This document shows positions 17,500 to 26,239 of a stretch of DNA of 64,000 nucleotides, piece by piece. Within the stretch, counting starts at the first letter, position 1; each line of letters starts with the position of its first letter. Under the pieces are notes generated by a model, which saw only the letters and a list, made by a program, of their open reading frames with translations, made no database searches and was not told the DNA's origin. The position numbers were made by a program, and so were the translations under genes. Source of the stretch: Terriglobia bacterium. GTDB taxonomy: Bacteria; Acidobacteriota; Polarisedimenticolia; Polarisedimenticolales; JAIQFR01. The stretch covers positions 1,152,001 to 1,216,000 of the forward strand of contig CAVVHE010000004.1 of NCBI GenBank assembly GCA_963748015.1, in the 5' to 3' direction.

Positions 17500-19824
17500 T
17501 CAGCGGAGCAGGTCGAGGAGGCGCTTGGCGACGGTCTCGGGAGAGCCGACGGCGGCGTTGACGACGACGCAGCGGCTCACCGCGAACAGGCGCTCGTACT
17601 GGGCCTGCATCGCCTCGGCGCGCGCGGTGTCGGTGCCGGCGACGTGCGGGTTGAGAAACGGCGCCGCGGGACCGCGCCCGCCCGGGAGGTTCCCCTCGGC
17701 GAGACGACGCGCCGCGTCGCGCGGCGGCAGCTCCTGCACCGCGGGGAGAACCGCGTCCTTGACCAGGAGAACGCAGGTCGCAAGCGAAGTCCGGCGGACG
17801 TGCCCGTGCCCGGCGCCCAGCCACGCCGGGTCCAGGAGGAGCCTCCCCTTCCCCGAGGCCGCGACGCAGACCGCGGCGCCCCGGTCGAGGGGGCACTCGC
17901 CGTCGGGATGGTCCTCGTGGCACTGGTCCCGGCCGGTCGCCAGGTTCTCGAGCTTGGTGCGCTCGAGCAGCTTCTCGAGCTCGGGAAGGTACTTCATCCA
18001 CTTCGCCTTGAGATACAGCTTCCGCTCGGGCAGCTCCGCCACCGGCCCGTCGGGGGACGGGCGGACGAAGACGTCCTCGCTCGCCACGAGGCGGACCCCG
18101 TCCTGCCCCAGCGCGGCCGCGAGCACGGCCGTGCGGCCGGACCCCGGCTCGCCCCACACGAGCGCGCCGCGGCCGCCGCGGTCGAGCGCGGCGGCATGGG
18201 CGAGCAACGCTCCCGAGGTCCGGGCCGCGCCGTCCGCGGCCAGCGTCAGCGCCATCGATCGGAGCTGCCCGTAGTACGCGGTGTTGAGCAGGAATCCCGT
18301 CGCGGTCTCGAGGCTGACCGCCGCCTGCGTCTCGCGCCCCGGGACGTCCTTGACCGCGTAGACGACCGCGTGAGGCTCGAGGTCCCCGTCGAGCGACGCG
18401 GGGAAGAAGTTCTCCTGGTAGAAGTCCGCCAGGTGCGGCGAGTTCGACCGGAGCTGCACCACGATCCCCGCGATCGAGGCGTTCCACTCGAAGTAGGCGT
18501 CGGGCTTGAGGTGCGCCTCGGCCTCGGCGAGCGCGGCGTTCCGCGCGCCCACGACGGCGAGGGACTCCGCCGGAACGGCGCTCTTGACCTTCGTGACGAC
18601 GTTGTTGAGGGCGCGCGGGCGAAGGCGCTTCGGCTCGTCGAGGCGCGCCAGGGCGCGCGAGACCCGCTTCATCCCCTCCTCGATCCGGTCCATGGAAAGG
18701 GCGAAGGAGAACCGGATGTGCTCGTCGGAGCCGAACGCCTGTCCGGGAATCACGGCGACCTGCGCCTCTTTCAGCAAGTAGTACCCGAGGCCGTACGTGT
18801 TCCGGATCGGCGCGCCGCCGAACTCCTTGTCGAGGTAGCGGGCGACGTTGGGGAACGCGTAGAACGCCCCTTTCGGCTCGGGACACGAAACGCCGGGGAT
18901 CGCGCGAAGCCGGTAGACGATCGCGTTGCGCCGCCGCTCGAACTCCTGCTTCATCCGCTCCACTTCCATGGAGCAGCTCGAGAGCGCCACGATCGCCGCT
19001 TTCTGCACGAACGAGGTCGCGTTCGAGGTGTTGTGCGACTGGATCTTGGACAGCGCCTGGATCAGCTCGCGCGGGCCCGCCGCGTAGCCGAGCCTCCACC
19101 CGGTCATCGAGTAGGCCTTGGAGAAGCCGTTGATGACCAGGGTGCGCTTCTTGATCTTCTCGTTCAGCGACGCGATGGAGTGGAACCTCGCGCCGTCGTA
19201 GGTCAGCCGCTCGTAGATCTCGTCGGAGATCACCCAGATGTCTTCCTTGACGCAGACCTCGGCGATCGCCTCCAGGTCCTCGCGGGAGTAGGTGGCCCCG
19301 GTCGGATTGCACGGGTAATTGAGGATCAGCGCCTTGGTGTTGGGCGTGATGGCCGCGGCGAGGGTCTTCGCCCGGAGCCGGAACCCGTCCTCCTCGCGCG
19401 TCGGCAGGTACACGGGGTTGGCGCCGGCAAGGGTGACCTGATCCGGGTACGAGACCCAGTAGGGGGACGGGATCAACACGTCGTCCCCCGGCCCGTAGAG
19501 CGCCATCGCCGCGTGGAACAGGCAGACCTTCGCCCCGGGCGACACGATCACCTCGTCCGGCGAGTACTTGAGCCCGTTCTCGCGGAGGAGCTTCTCGCAG
19601 ATCGCCTTCTTGAGGTCCGGGATCCCGTCGTTGGCCGTGTACTTGGTGAAGTTGGCGTCGAGGGCCGCCTTCGCCGCGCGCTTGACCGGCTCGGGCGTGG
19701 GGAAGTCCGGCTCGCCGACCGAGAAGTCCACCACGTCGACGCCGGAGGCGCGCATCTGCCCCGCCTTGGCGCCGATCCTGAGGGTGGGGGACAGCGCGAT
19801 CCGGTTGACCCGATCGGAGAACAT
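17500..19824 (-). CDS. Aspartate aminotransferase (class I PLP) fused to a C-terminal HPr-kinase/PEPCK-like P-loop domain
   Basis: N-terminal about 400 aa: GEPDF, NPTG, DEIY, SKAYSMTGWRLG. C-terminal about 370 aa: AHAAALD..GALVWGEPGSGRT..LVASED. Confidence 0.88.
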   Translation of the reverse strand: MFSDRVNRIALSPTLRIGAKAGQMRASGVDVVDFSVGEPDFPTPEPVKRAAKAALDANFTKYTANDGIPDLKKAICEKLLRENGLKYSPDEVIVSPGAKVCLFHAAMALYGPGDDVLIPSPYWVSYPDQVTLAGANPVYLPTREEDGFRLRAKTLAAAITPNTKALILNYPCNPTGATYSREDLEAIAEVCVKEDIWVISDEIYERLTYDGARFHSIASLNEKIKKRTLVINGFSKAYSMTGWRLGYAAGPRELIQALSKIQSHNTSNATSFVQKAAIVALSSCSMEVERMKQEFERRRNAIVYRLRAIPGVSCPEPKGAFYAFPNVARYLDKEFGGAPIRNTYGLGYYLLKEAQVAVIPGQAFGSDEHIRFSFALSMDRIEEGMKRVSRALARLDEPKRLRPRALNNVVTKVKSAVPAESLAVVGARNAALAEAEAHLKPDAYFEWNASIAGIVVQLRSNSPHLADFYQENFFPASLDGDLEPHAVVYAVKDVPGRETQAAVSLETATGFLLNTAYYGQLRSMALTLAADGAARTSGALLAHAAALDRGGRGALVWGEPGSGRTAVLAAALGQDGVRLVASEDVFVRPSPDGPVAELPERKLYLKAKWMKYLPELEKLLERTKLENLATGRDQCHEDHPDGECPLDRGAAVCVAASGKGRLLLDPAWLGAGHGHVRRTSLATCVLLVKDAVLPAVQELPPRDAARRLAEGNLPGGRGPAAPFLNPHVAGTDTARAEAMQAQYERLFAVSRCVVVNAAVGSPETVAKRLLDLLR

Positions 19825-19835
19825 GGGCCCCCTCC

Positions 19836-21224
19836 CTACTTGCCGTCCTTCGCGTCGTCCTTCTTCTTACCCCGGGTCAGCAGGTCCTGGAGGTTCAGGC
19901 CGGTGAGGCTCTCCACGACGGTCGGCAGCTGCGCGAGCACCGAGGCGACCTGTCCCGTGATCTTCTGCGCGCCGTTCGCGTCGCCGACCATCACGATCTT
20001 GTCCACCTTGGAGAGGGGCTCGGAGACGGCGCGGGCGAGCTCCGGGAGGGACTTGATGATCATCTCGGTGAGCGCGGCGTCCGAGTAGTCCTTCCACGCC
20101 AGCGCCTTGGCCCGCATCGCCTCGGCCTCGGCCTTCCCGCGCGCGAGCGTCGCCTCGGCCTCGGAGTTTCCGATGGTGCGAATGCCCGCGGCCTTCCCCT
20201 TCGCCTCGAGCTCCTTCCGGTACGCCTCGGACTCCGCCTCCAGCCGGGCCTGGTAGTTCATCGCCTCGGCGGGGCGCTTCACGTTGGCCTCGAGCTCCTT
20301 CTCGCGGCGGACCGCCTCCCGCTCCTCGACCTTCGCGGCCAGCTCCTTCTCGGCGAGGCGGACCTCGTACTCCGAGCGCTTCAGCGCGAGGTCGAGCTTG
20401 GCCCGCTCCATGTCGTAGGCGACGTCCGCCTGCGCGCGTTTCGAGTTGACCGAGGCCTGGAAGTCGGCGCGCTGCATCTCGAAGTCGCGCGTCGCCTGGG
20501 CCAGCTCGGCCTCGGCCTTGAGGCGCGCCACGTCCCCTTCCTTGCGGGCCATGGCGGCGTTGATCGCCGAGTCCCGCTCGGTCTCGGCCTGGGCGATGGT
20601 CGCGTCGCGCTTGACCTCCGCGATCCGCCGGGCGCCGAGGGCCTGGATGTACCCCTGCGCGTCCGAGATGTCCTTGAGGGAGAACGACGCCAGCTCGAGA
20701 CCGAGCCGCGCGAAGTCGTCCGCCGACGCTTCCCGGACCTTCCGGGCGAACGCCTCGCGGTTCGAGTAGATCTCCTCGACCGACATCGTGCCCAGGGCGG
20801 CCCGCATGTGCCCCTCGAGCACTTCCTGCGACACCTCCACGATCCCGCTCGAGCCGCGGGAGAGGAAGTTCTCGATGGCGCGGTGGAGCGACGCCTCGCC
20901 GCTCGACGCCTTGACCTGCCCCTGCGCCTCCGCCGAGATCAGCACGCCCTGGCCGGAGAGCACCTCCGGGCAGCGGATCGCGAGCGAGAACACCTCGAGC
21001 GGGAACGAGTCCACCGTCTCGATGAACGGCATCACGAACGTCCCGCCGCCCACCTGGAGGCGGTAGCCGACCTTGCGCCGCGCGCCGTCCGCATCCACGA
21101 CGGTCGAGGTCCGCCCCGAGATCACGAGGGCCTGGTTCGGACCGACCTTGCGGTAGTTGACCGCCCACAGGACGAACAGCGCGACGACGACGACTGCGGC
21201 GATGACCCAGGGCAACCAGAACAT
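19836..21224 (-). CDS. Flotillin/SPFH-domain protein
   Basis: N-terminal TM, GPNQALVISG, LEGHMRA, AEA-rich coiled coil, PLSKVDKI. Confidence 0.93.
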   Translation of the reverse strand: MFWLPWVIAAVVVVALFVLWAVNYRKVGPNQALVISGRTSTVVDADGARRKVGYRLQVGGGTFVMPFIETVDSFPLEVFSLAIRCPEVLSGQGVLISAEAQGQVKASSGEASLHRAIENFLSRGSSGIVEVSQEVLEGHMRAALGTMSVEEIYSNREAFARKVREASADDFARLGLELASFSLKDISDAQGYIQALGARRIAEVKRDATIAQAETERDSAINAAMARKEGDVARLKAEAELAQATRDFEMQRADFQASVNSKRAQADVAYDMERAKLDLALKRSEYEVRLAEKELAAKVEEREAVRREKELEANVKRPAEAMNYQARLEAESEAYRKELEAKGKAAGIRTIGNSEAEATLARGKAEAEAMRAKALAWKDYSDAALTEMIIKSLPELARAVSEPLSKVDKIVMVGDANGAQKITGQVASVLAQLPTVVESLTGLNLQDLLTRGKKKDDAKDGK

Positions 21225-21410
21225 GACGTCCTCCTCCGATCCCGAAGGCGGGGCGCCACCTTACGCCATCTGAGGGGCCGGTTCAAGACCTCGAAACCCG
21301 ACTCCGGGGGTCCGAAATGGGCATGGAACGCCGCGCCTCGCGTCTTGCGCCGCTTCGACCGCCTCCGCTATGCTCCGCTCTCCGCGACGGCTCGCGGGGA
21401 GAGGTGGATC

Positions 21411-23294
21411 ATGGCCAGCGGACCCTACGATCCCGACGTCTACCGGCGGTTCGCCGAGAACCTGCGCGGGTGTCTGACCGGGTCCAACATCGAGCACCCC
21501 TCCATGTGGGCGCTCAGGCGCCGCGCGATGGCGAGCGCCCGGACGACGGCGAACGGCTCCCACGTCTGGTACTCCGCCATCTCCTCGCGCATGGCCGCGC
21601 GCACGGTGTACCTCGGCAGCGAGAAGGTCTGGCTCCCCCGCGCCACGCCGGTCCAGCTCGACATCGTGCAGAAGGCGCCGGAGCAGCTGCACAAGGTGCT
21701 GCAGCTCCTGCGAACGCTCCCGTTCGTGCACGTACGGCGGCAGATGGGAGACAACTCGGAGTTCAACCCGATCTGCAACCTCTACGTCTCCGTGTCGGAC
21801 CCGAAGAACTACCGCCTCGCGTACATGTGGGCCCGCACGATGAACGACGTGCGGAGCAGCCGCCCCGGCCCCGAGTTCATCATGGTGGACATCCCGGAGG
21901 AGCACCGCCTGCGGATGCAGGTGCTCGCCATCCCCGAGTACAACATCAACCTCGCCCTGGCGACCGACTACACCGGCGAGTGCAAGAAGGGGTTCCTGCG
22001 CCAGGCGATGTACCGCGCCGACGAGCGCGGCAACCTCGGGCTCCACGCGGGGACGAAGGTCGTGAGGGCGCGGGACCAGAGGACCGGCAAGCTGAAGACG
22101 TACGGCGTCTTCATGTTCGGCCTGACCGCGACCGGCAAGAGCACCTGGTCCTGCCACCAGCTCGGCCTCGACTCGGAGCACGGCGAGGGGACCTGGGTCG
22201 CGCAGGACGACATCGTGATGCTGAAGCGCGACGGCTCGGCGTTCGGCACCGAGCAAGGGTTCTACGTGAAGACCGACGTGGAGCCGACCCTGCAGGAAGC
22301 GATGTACCACGCGCTCGTCCACCGCTCGGCCCTCCTCGAGAACCTGATGGTGGACGGCAAGGGGAAGGTGGACTTCCTCGACGAGCGCCTCGGCGAGAAC
22401 GGGCGCGGCGTGCTCGACCGGCGGCAGCTCAAGGTGCGGCGCGGCGGGAGCCTGAAGTCCATCTGCGCCGACTCGATCGATCTCCCGCCGCTCGACCAGC
22501 TCGACGGCGTGGTGTTCGCCTTCATCACGCGGCGCAACACGGTCTACCCGTTCGCCCACCGCCTCACCCCCGAACAGGGGGTGCTGGCCTACCTCTGGGG
22601 CGAGTCGAGCCACTCGTTCGCGACGGTCCCCGAGAAGGCGGGCGAGAGCGTTCGGATCGTCGGCATGGACGATTTCATCATCGGGAACCAGGGACGCAAG
22701 GTGAACGCGTTCCACGACATCGTGATGGACCTCGCCGCGCGCTTCCCGGGGAAGGTCCACTTCTTCCAGTACAACACCGGCGGGGTCGGCGAGATCATCG
22801 AGGTGGACAAGGGAAGCGGCGCCCGGAAGCTGGTCCGCAAGGCGACGCGGGTCCCCATCGAGGTGATGGCGGCGCTCCAGCGCGGCGACCTGCGCGGCAC
22901 GAACGAGTACCGGAAGGGCGCCCTCTCGATGGACGAGGTCGTCCGCTTCGACGGCGGCGACCTCTCGGCCTACGACCCGTCGAACTTCTATTCCAAGGAG
23001 CAGATCGCCGGGTACCTGGCCGAGCTGGTCGAGGGCCGCCGGAAGCACACCGAGGAGATCGCCGCACAGGGATTGCGGAAGGACATCCGCGACCTCGCCC
23101 ACCGAGAGCTGGACCAGATCGAGGCGATCGCCGGGAAGCGGAAGGCGGAGGCGTGGGCGCCCTCGGATCCGGCGGAGGATCACGATGCCGCCGAGGACCG
23201 GGCGCCGCTCTCGCGCTGGATCACCTCGTGGGAGCCCAAGCGCCCCGGCCGGGAGTCCCGCTTCGGCTCGCCCCGCGGACGCTCCGCCTGGTAG
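21411..23294 (+). CDS. pckA: Phosphoenolpyruvate carboxykinase (ATP)-family protein, divergent
   Basis: YTGECKKG, LHAG, FGLTATGKST (P-loop), QDD and ENGRG. Start MASGPY with a GGAGAGG RBS. Confidence 0.82.
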   Translation: MASGPYDPDVYRRFAENLRGCLTGSNIEHPSMWALRRRAMASARTTANGSHVWYSAISSRMAARTVYLGSEKVWLPRATPVQLDIVQKAPEQLHKVLQLLRTLPFVHVRRQMGDNSEFNPICNLYVSVSDPKNYRLAYMWARTMNDVRSSRPGPEFIMVDIPEEHRLRMQVLAIPEYNINLALATDYTGECKKGFLRQAMYRADERGNLGLHAGTKVVRARDQRTGKLKTYGVFMFGLTATGKSTWSCHQLGLDSEHGEGTWVAQDDIVMLKRDGSAFGTEQGFYVKTDVEPTLQEAMYHALVHRSALLENLMVDGKGKVDFLDERLGENGRGVLDRRQLKVRRGGSLKSICADSIDLPPLDQLDGVVFAFITRRNTVYPFAHRLTPEQGVLAYLWGESSHSFATVPEKAGESVRIVGMDDFIIGNQGRKVNAFHDIVMDLAARFPGKVHFFQYNTGGVGEIIEVDKGSGARKLVRKATRVPIEVMAALQRGDLRGTNEYRKGALSMDEVVRFDGGDLSAYDPSNFYSKEQIAGYLAELVEGRRKHTEEIAAQGLRKDIRDLAHRELDQIEAIAGKRKAEAWAPSDPAEDHDAAEDRAPLSRWITSWEPKRPGRESRFGSPRGRSAW

Positions 23295-23303
23295 GCCGGG
23301 TCC

Positions 23304-23479
23304 ACCCCGACTCGGAATCCTGCGTCCGGGTTCGCCCTCGCGGCACGCGGCGGCGTTGCGCGGCGACAGTCGCCGCGCCGCCTAGCTCCGGTTTTCGCGC
23401 GGCCGTCCAGGGAAGAGACGGCCGCGCGAAAACAGGGCCGCTTCGGGTCGAACCCGGACGCAGGATTCCGAGTCGGGGT
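23304..23479. repeat. 176-bp element with perfect 31-bp terminal inverted repeats and two internal hairpins (MITE-like or structured RNA)
   Basis: accccgactcggaatcctgcgtccgggttcg (23304-23334) is the exact reverse complement of 23449-23479. Internal stems gcgcggcgac/gtcgccgcgc and gttttcgcgcggccgtc/gacggccgcgcgaaaac. Confidence 0.85.
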
Positions 23480-24123
23480 TAGCCCATCCCCGCCTTCTGG
23501 GCGGTGATCTCGCGCATCTGCGTGCGCTGGAGTTGGATCCCCTGGATCGCGAAGCCCTTGAGCGCGAGCTCGATGTCGCGCGTCGGGTGGACGTAGCGGG
23601 GGTGACGCGCCGTCTCGACGACCTGCCGCACGATCAGGTCGTCCGCGAGGAGCAGGTAGCGAGACACGCGGTCGTCGGCGGGATCGGGGCGCGAGTGCGA
23701 GAAGAAGAAGAGGCTTCCGCCGTCCTTCATGACGCGGCGCAGCTCTCCTCCGTACTCCGCGAGGCGGTCGGGCGGGACGAAGTCCGCGATCTCCCAGGCC
23801 AGCACCAGGTGAAAGAGCCCGGCGGGCTGGTCGAGACGGAACGGCGCGACGTCGACGGGCGGCTCGCCCGGACGCCGCGGGGGAATCGGCGGAGGAAGCT
23901 CGAAATCCTCGACGTGGACGCGCGCGCCGCGGCTCGCGAGGTAGACGACGGAATCCCCGTTGAGGGGACCGAGGACCAGGATCTCGGGCTTCCCTTCCCG
24001 GAGCGCGCGCGCGAGGACGCGCGCCAGGGCGCCGCACGGACGCCCGCCCAGGGCGGACCCCTGCGCCGCCGCTCCGGCGGTCGCCGGGGCGGCGGACTCT
24101 CTCTCCCGCGGCTTGAGGGACAC
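23479..24123 (-). CDS. Class I SAM-dependent methyltransferase-like protein (degenerate motif I)
   Basis: ILVLGP, FHLVLAWEIADFV and LRRVMKDGGSLF resemble Methyltransf_11 motifs. Confidence 0.65.
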   Translation of the reverse strand: MSLKPRERESAAPATAGAAAQGSALGGRPCGALARVLARALREGKPEILVLGPLNGDSVVYLASRGARVHVEDFELPPPIPPRRPGEPPVDVAPFRLDQPAGLFHLVLAWEIADFVPPDRLAEYGGELRRVMKDGGSLFFFSHSRPDPADDRVSRYLLLADDLIVRQVVETARHPRYVHPTRDIELALKGFAIQGIQLQRTQMREITAQKAGMG

Positions 24124-24147
24124 CGGCAGACCCGCTCGAGGCCGGCT

Positions 24148-24597
24148 CTAGGCGGCGCCGCCCGGGGTGCCGGGCTTCGGCGGAACGGGCGCTCCCGGCT
24201 TCCTGTCCATGTCGATGCTCCCCTTGAACCGCGCGCCGTCCGCGAGCGCCACCCTCGGCGCGACGATGTCGCCCTTCATCGAGCCGGTCGCGGCCACCTC
24301 GACCTTGTCGTCGGCGGTGATGTTCCCCACGATCTCGCCGATCACCATCACGGTCTTCGCCTGGATCTCGGCGGTGATCTTGCCGTTCGCCCCGATGGTG
24401 AGATTGTGGTCCTTGAGGACGATCTTGCCTTCCACCTTCCCTTCGATCGTGAGGTCCTCGTTCCCGGTGAGCTCACCCTTGATCTGAATCGACTGGCCGA
24501 TGTTCACGAGCTTCTCCATCGCGCTCTCCCGTGTCGCCGGGCCGGCCTCCTGGGGCGCCGGGCCTCGATCCGGCTCGGATTTCTGCCGATTCCACAC
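24148..24597 (-). CDS. Bactofilin (polymer-forming cytoskeletal protein)
   Basis: IGQSIQIKGEL..DLTIEGKVEGKI..GARFKGSIDM. Start uncertain (24609, 24597 or 24519). Confidence 0.93.
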   Translation of the reverse strand: MWNRQKSEPDRGPAPQEAGPATRESAMEKLVNIGQSIQIKGELTGNEDLTIEGKVEGKIVLKDHNLTIGANGKITAEIQAKTVMVIGEIVGNITADDKVEVAATGSMKGDIVAPRVALADGARFKGSIDMDRKPGAPVPPKPGTPGGAA

Positions 24598-24659
24598 CTT
24601 GCCGTCCAATCTCTCTCCTCGAACCCGCCGCGTCTTTGAGGCGGAAAACGGAACGGCGG

Positions 24660-24667
24660 ATTATACT
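24660..24667. promoter_or_regulatory. Overlapping divergent -10 hexamers (TATAAT minus, TATACT plus)
   Basis: ATTATACT in the short gap between the divergent bactofilin and GWxTD genes. Confidence 0.45.
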
Positions 24668-24693
24668 CCGATCCTGCCGTGTACGCCGTTGCC

Positions 24694-26226
24694 ATGGCGC
24701 CGCGCGGCCGTGACGAAGGAGCGCCGTTGGACCCCCACCCGCCGGTCGCCCCGCCGCGTTTGCGGCGCCTCGCGGGGCTGCTCGCGATCGCCGCGGCCGC
24801 GCTCTGCGGCGTGCTCTCCGCGCGCGCCGCCAAGAACCCCGCGCTCAAGGACTGGGACCAGGGCCCCGCGCGCTACATCATGAACGACGCGGAGGTCCGC
24901 GCCTGGAAGGAGCTGAAGGACGACGCTTCCCGGGGGATCTTCGTCGAGCGTTTCTGGGCGAAGCGCGACCCGACGCCCAACACCCTGGCCAACGAGTACC
25001 GGCAGCTCTTCTGGCAGCGGGTCCAGGAAGCGAACCAGAAGTTCCTGGACAGCTCGCGGCCCGGATGGATGACCGACCGCGGGAAGATCCACGTCCTCTA
25101 CGGGCCGCCGAACACGATCGAGGAGGACTCGAACGCCCAGACCGAGGGGCTCACCGCGACCGCGACGCGCGGTCTCATCCGCTGGTTGTACGAGGGGCGC
25201 CCGCATCCCGACAAGCAGCTCGACGCGATCGTCGTGGTCCCCTTCGTCCGCGACGTGTCGGGCGAGTACAAGCTCTCGCACGACCCCCGTCTCGCGAGCG
25301 TGTTCTTCGACTGGGCCGGTCTCAAGGACAAGGAGTCCGCGTTCTGGGATCCGTGGTTCAGCACTCACGCCGTTCCCGGCGGCAAGACCGACCTCGGGGT
25401 GATGCTCGACCAGGGAACGCTGCAGGCGATCCCGTCGCAGGAGGAGTTCCTCATCGAACGGGTCGAGACGTACGAGACCTACGCGTCGCATCCGGTCTCC
25501 GTCGAGATCCACCGCTTCCAGCCGCAGGGCTTCGAGGGGAAGTCGCTCGTCACGGTGACGGTCGCGATCCCCGAGAAGGAATACAACGCCGTCCCCGCGA
25601 TCATGGCGAGGTTCACCTCGACCGACGCAGCCCGGCCGCAGCGCATCATCGGCGAAGGGTCGTTCCGGGTCGAGGGCGCGGGGCAGGAGCGGATCTCCCA
25701 GGGACGCCTGTTCCTCGAGCCCGGCATCTGGACCGTGACGATCCTCGTCGCGGATCCCGAGGGGAAGAGCAACGGCATCCAGCACCTCAAGGTCGACGTG
25801 CCGTCCCAGGGAGGGGGCCTGCGCCTGAGCGACACGGTCCTCGCGCGAACCCTCGAGCCGGTCGCGTACGCCTCGCTGGCGTCCTACGAGGAGCCTTTCT
25901 TCGTCGGGTCGTTCCGCGTGGTGCCGCTGGCGGGACGGCCCCTCCGTCGCGGCGACGAGCTCAACCTGTTCTACGAGATCTACGGCGGCCGCGCCCCGTA
26001 CCGGATCGTCTACCGGATCGAGGGGAAGGAGGACGACGGCCGGTTCACGCCGCTGGGGAAGCCCGTCGCCCTGGATCGTGCGGAGGGAGCGCAGGGCTGG
26101 TCGCTGCCGACGAGCGATCGGTGGCCCGTGGGCGATTACCGGATCCGCATCGAGCTGGCCGACGCCGCGGGCGGCTCGATCACCAGGGTGGTCCCGTTCA
26201 CGCTGGCGCCCCGCGAACCGTCCTGA
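24694..26226 (+). CDS. GWxTD domain-containing secreted protein
   Basis: FVERFWAKRDPTPNTLANEY and GWMTDRGKIHVLYGPP. Signal-like hydrophobic stretch. Start uncertain. Confidence 0.92.
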   Translation: MAPRGRDEGAPLDPHPPVAPPRLRRLAGLLAIAAAALCGVLSARAAKNPALKDWDQGPARYIMNDAEVRAWKELKDDASRGIFVERFWAKRDPTPNTLANEYRQLFWQRVQEANQKFLDSSRPGWMTDRGKIHVLYGPPNTIEEDSNAQTEGLTATATRGLIRWLYEGRPHPDKQLDAIVVVPFVRDVSGEYKLSHDPRLASVFFDWAGLKDKESAFWDPWFSTHAVPGGKTDLGVMLDQGTLQAIPSQEEFLIERVETYETYASHPVSVEIHRFQPQGFEGKSLVTVTVAIPEKEYNAVPAIMARFTSTDAARPQRIIGEGSFRVEGAGQERISQGRLFLEPGIWTVTILVADPEGKSNGIQHLKVDVPSQGGGLRLSDTVLARTLEPVAYASLASYEEPFFVGSFRVVPLAGRPLRRGDELNLFYEIYGGRAPYRIVYRIEGKEDDGRFTPLGKPVALDRAEGAQGWSLPTSDRWPVGDYRIRIELADAAGGSITRVVPFTLAPREPS

Positions 26227-26239
26227 GCCGGCGGCGCGC

